A DNA stretch of 64,000 bases from Azolla caroliniana (taxonomy: Eukaryota; Plantae; Polypodiophyta), in assembly GCA_043228905.1 (NCBI GenBank), contig JBHGNT010000005.1, positions 11,098,001 through 11,162,000 on the forward strand. Reading direction: 5' to 3'. Both the position numbers and the translations under genes were made by a program. Below are positions 62,012 to 64,000 of the stretch, one piece after another; position 1 is the stretch's first letter, and every line of letters begins with the position of its first letter. A model generated the notes under the pieces. The model worked only from the letters and a program-made list of their open reading frames with translations. It had not been told where the DNA came from and did not search any database.

Positions 62012-63560
62012 TGATCTTGCTCTATCATGCTAACTTGGTGACATTCTAAGCATAGATGTTGTTCTTGTTTCCGCACCGACGGTATCAGATTCTAACATCT
62101 GGTATCACCGAACAACCAATGTGCTCTTCCGTGCAAATGGGTCTATCGACTCAAAGAGACGTCAGATTCTACATGTCCCAAGTATAAGGCCAAATTAGTC
62201 ACGAAGGGTTTCCGACTGCAATATGGCATTGACTTCGAGGAGGTTTTTTCACCAGCGGTGAAAATGACCATTTCTACTCAGCGTAGCGGCACCTGAGGAC
62301 TTGGAGCTTATATAGTTAGATGTGAAGAAAACCTTCCTCCATGTCGACGTAGAGGATGAAATTTACATAGAGCAACTGAAAGGCTTCGTTGCAGTTGGCC
62401 AAGAGCATCTAGTCTGTCGACTCAAGAAGAGTCTTTATGGCCTAAAGCAGGCACCCCGATAGTGTTATAAGAAGTTCAATGATTTTATCAAATCGGTCGG
62501 CTTCTCAAAAAGAGATGAAGACCACTACCTTTTCAGAAAAAAAAATCAAGTTGGGTCTCCCATCATTCTCAACTTATACGTGGATGACATGCTACTCTCT
62601 GGCTGCCATGCATGAGAGCTTGTCGATCTTGTTCGGTAACAATGGTTGAAGTTCACCATGAAGGACCTAGGTCTTGCCCAACACATTCTTGGAATGAAAA
62701 TTAGTCGACTCCAAAATCAACGACAATTGTTTTTGTCTCAAGTCAAGTACATCAAACGTGTCCTAGAGTGCTTCAACATGCATTCGGCCTAATTTTCTTC
62801 GACCCCGCTCCCCATTAATCTTCAGCTATCTCAGCGAGACTACCCTACATCTAGTCTAGAGGGGGAAGATATGAAGCCAGTATTGTATGCACCGGCATTT
62901 GGCTCCTTGATGTATGCGATGGTCGCAACACTACATGACATTGCTCACACCGTAGGAGTTGTCAACAAATTCATACACAACCCAGGTGGATCGCATTGGA
63001 CCGTAGTCAAGCATGTATTCAAGTATTTGGTGGGCACACAAGACCTTGGCATCCTCTTCGCTCCAAACAAGAACCCAAGTGTAGTCAGTTACACCGACTC
63101 GAACTTTGCCGGTTGTATGGACAGTCAAAAGTCAACAACCGGATATTGCACTTCAAATTCGCCAATGGAGCAATTTCATGGAAATCGAAACTTCAGGAGT
63201 GCATGACTACTTCAACGACCGAGACTGAGTATGTAGCCACGTCCGTCCCATGTGGCAAAACAGGCTCTAGGGCTTAGTCGGATGGCATGTACATTTCAAC
63301 AAGCCGACCTGAATCCGGCTCCCGTTGTTTAACAATGATAGTCAGGGTGTTGTTGCTTTGTCAAAAAACCTGGTTCATCAAAACACCTCTAAACATATCA
63401 ACGTTCGGTATCACTTTGTTTGGGACTGTGTGACTTCAGGAAAGCTCTACTTCGAGAAGATCTCCACAACCAACAACATTTTAGACGAGATGACCAAGTG
63501 TCTCATAGTTGACCGATTCTGGTCACTTCGGCACTAGATGGGATTAAGGAGTAGTAACTC
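61740..63560 (+). mobile_element. Decayed copia fragment: LTR part ending 62097, truncated PBS TGGTATCA, then RT-RNase H remnant
   Basis: (CT)n tract in the LTR; LKKSLYGLKQAP, YVDDM, GSLMYAMV and HINVRYHFV remnants; gag-INT deleted. Confidence 0.75.
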
Positions 63561-63630
63561 TGATTGAGTCGAACAACAGAGATAGCTTTGAGCACTCGAA
63601 CCTGCCGATTCAACCTCTATTCCTCTCGAC

Positions 63631-64000
63631 TATGAAGTATGAGGAGGGTGCTTTATATATAGTCACCCTCTCTCTTCACTATCTAACTACAACAACCACT
63701 CTCTCTTGAGGAATGTGAAGACTCATAGTCATGGGGAATATGAGTTGACTCGTACTTTAATCCTCATCAATGAGCCCCTACACTAACTCCCAAAATATAT
63801 TCCTTCGCGGAATATCTACCCAACCGCCTCCTGGTTTACGAACCAATGTTAAGCTTGTATCTCAACAAACTCCAACCTGGAGTTGAACACTATTTAGTAG
63901 AGGGATATGTTTGTGATGGATTATACCCTCAAGATCAAGGACTTGTGTGGTCACTTGGCTCCATCAATATTACAGTCGACGACGACGAGATGATGCAAAT
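63631..64000 (+). repeat. Rearranged duplicate of 8429-8540 and 6962-7254
   Basis: Direct sequence match, including the same LTR/flank junction ctcaaca|aactccaacctg. Confidence 0.8.

Overview
This window is transposon-saturated eukaryotic DNA with no host genes, rRNA genes, true tRNA genes or CRISPR arrays. It is most likely plant heterochromatin, and the Tcn1-type chromovirus and Phygy/Selgy-like gypsy elements point to a non-seed plant (inference). Target-site duplications (TSDs) and matching LTR halves resolve 8939-~61736 as one nested stack about six levels deep. The stack holds Ty1/copia elements (two Tork/Tnt1-like), non-chromovirus Ty3/gypsy elements carrying an extra 3' ORF, a near-intact Tcn1-like chromovirus, solo LTRs, a MITE and a 5'-truncated LINE. 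The main finding concerns the non-chromovirus gypsy family. All three copies whose 3' end is visible lack a polypurine tract (PPT). In its place, exactly 2 nt before the 3' LTR, is a sense-strand copy of the 3' end of tRNA-Arg(UCU), split at the A58/G59 boundary by a small hairpin that shows a compensatory base change. This suggests plus-strand synthesis primed by a tRNA or tRNA mimic, i.e. tRNA priming at both ends. One of these copies is a young non-autonomous element carrying only the accessory ORF. Other points of interest are a family with 4-bp CpG-centred target sites, a Sola-like MITE, and the self-priming and -1 frameshift signals of the chromovirus. The tRNA match rests on a recalled plant tRNA sequence and needs database confirmation.
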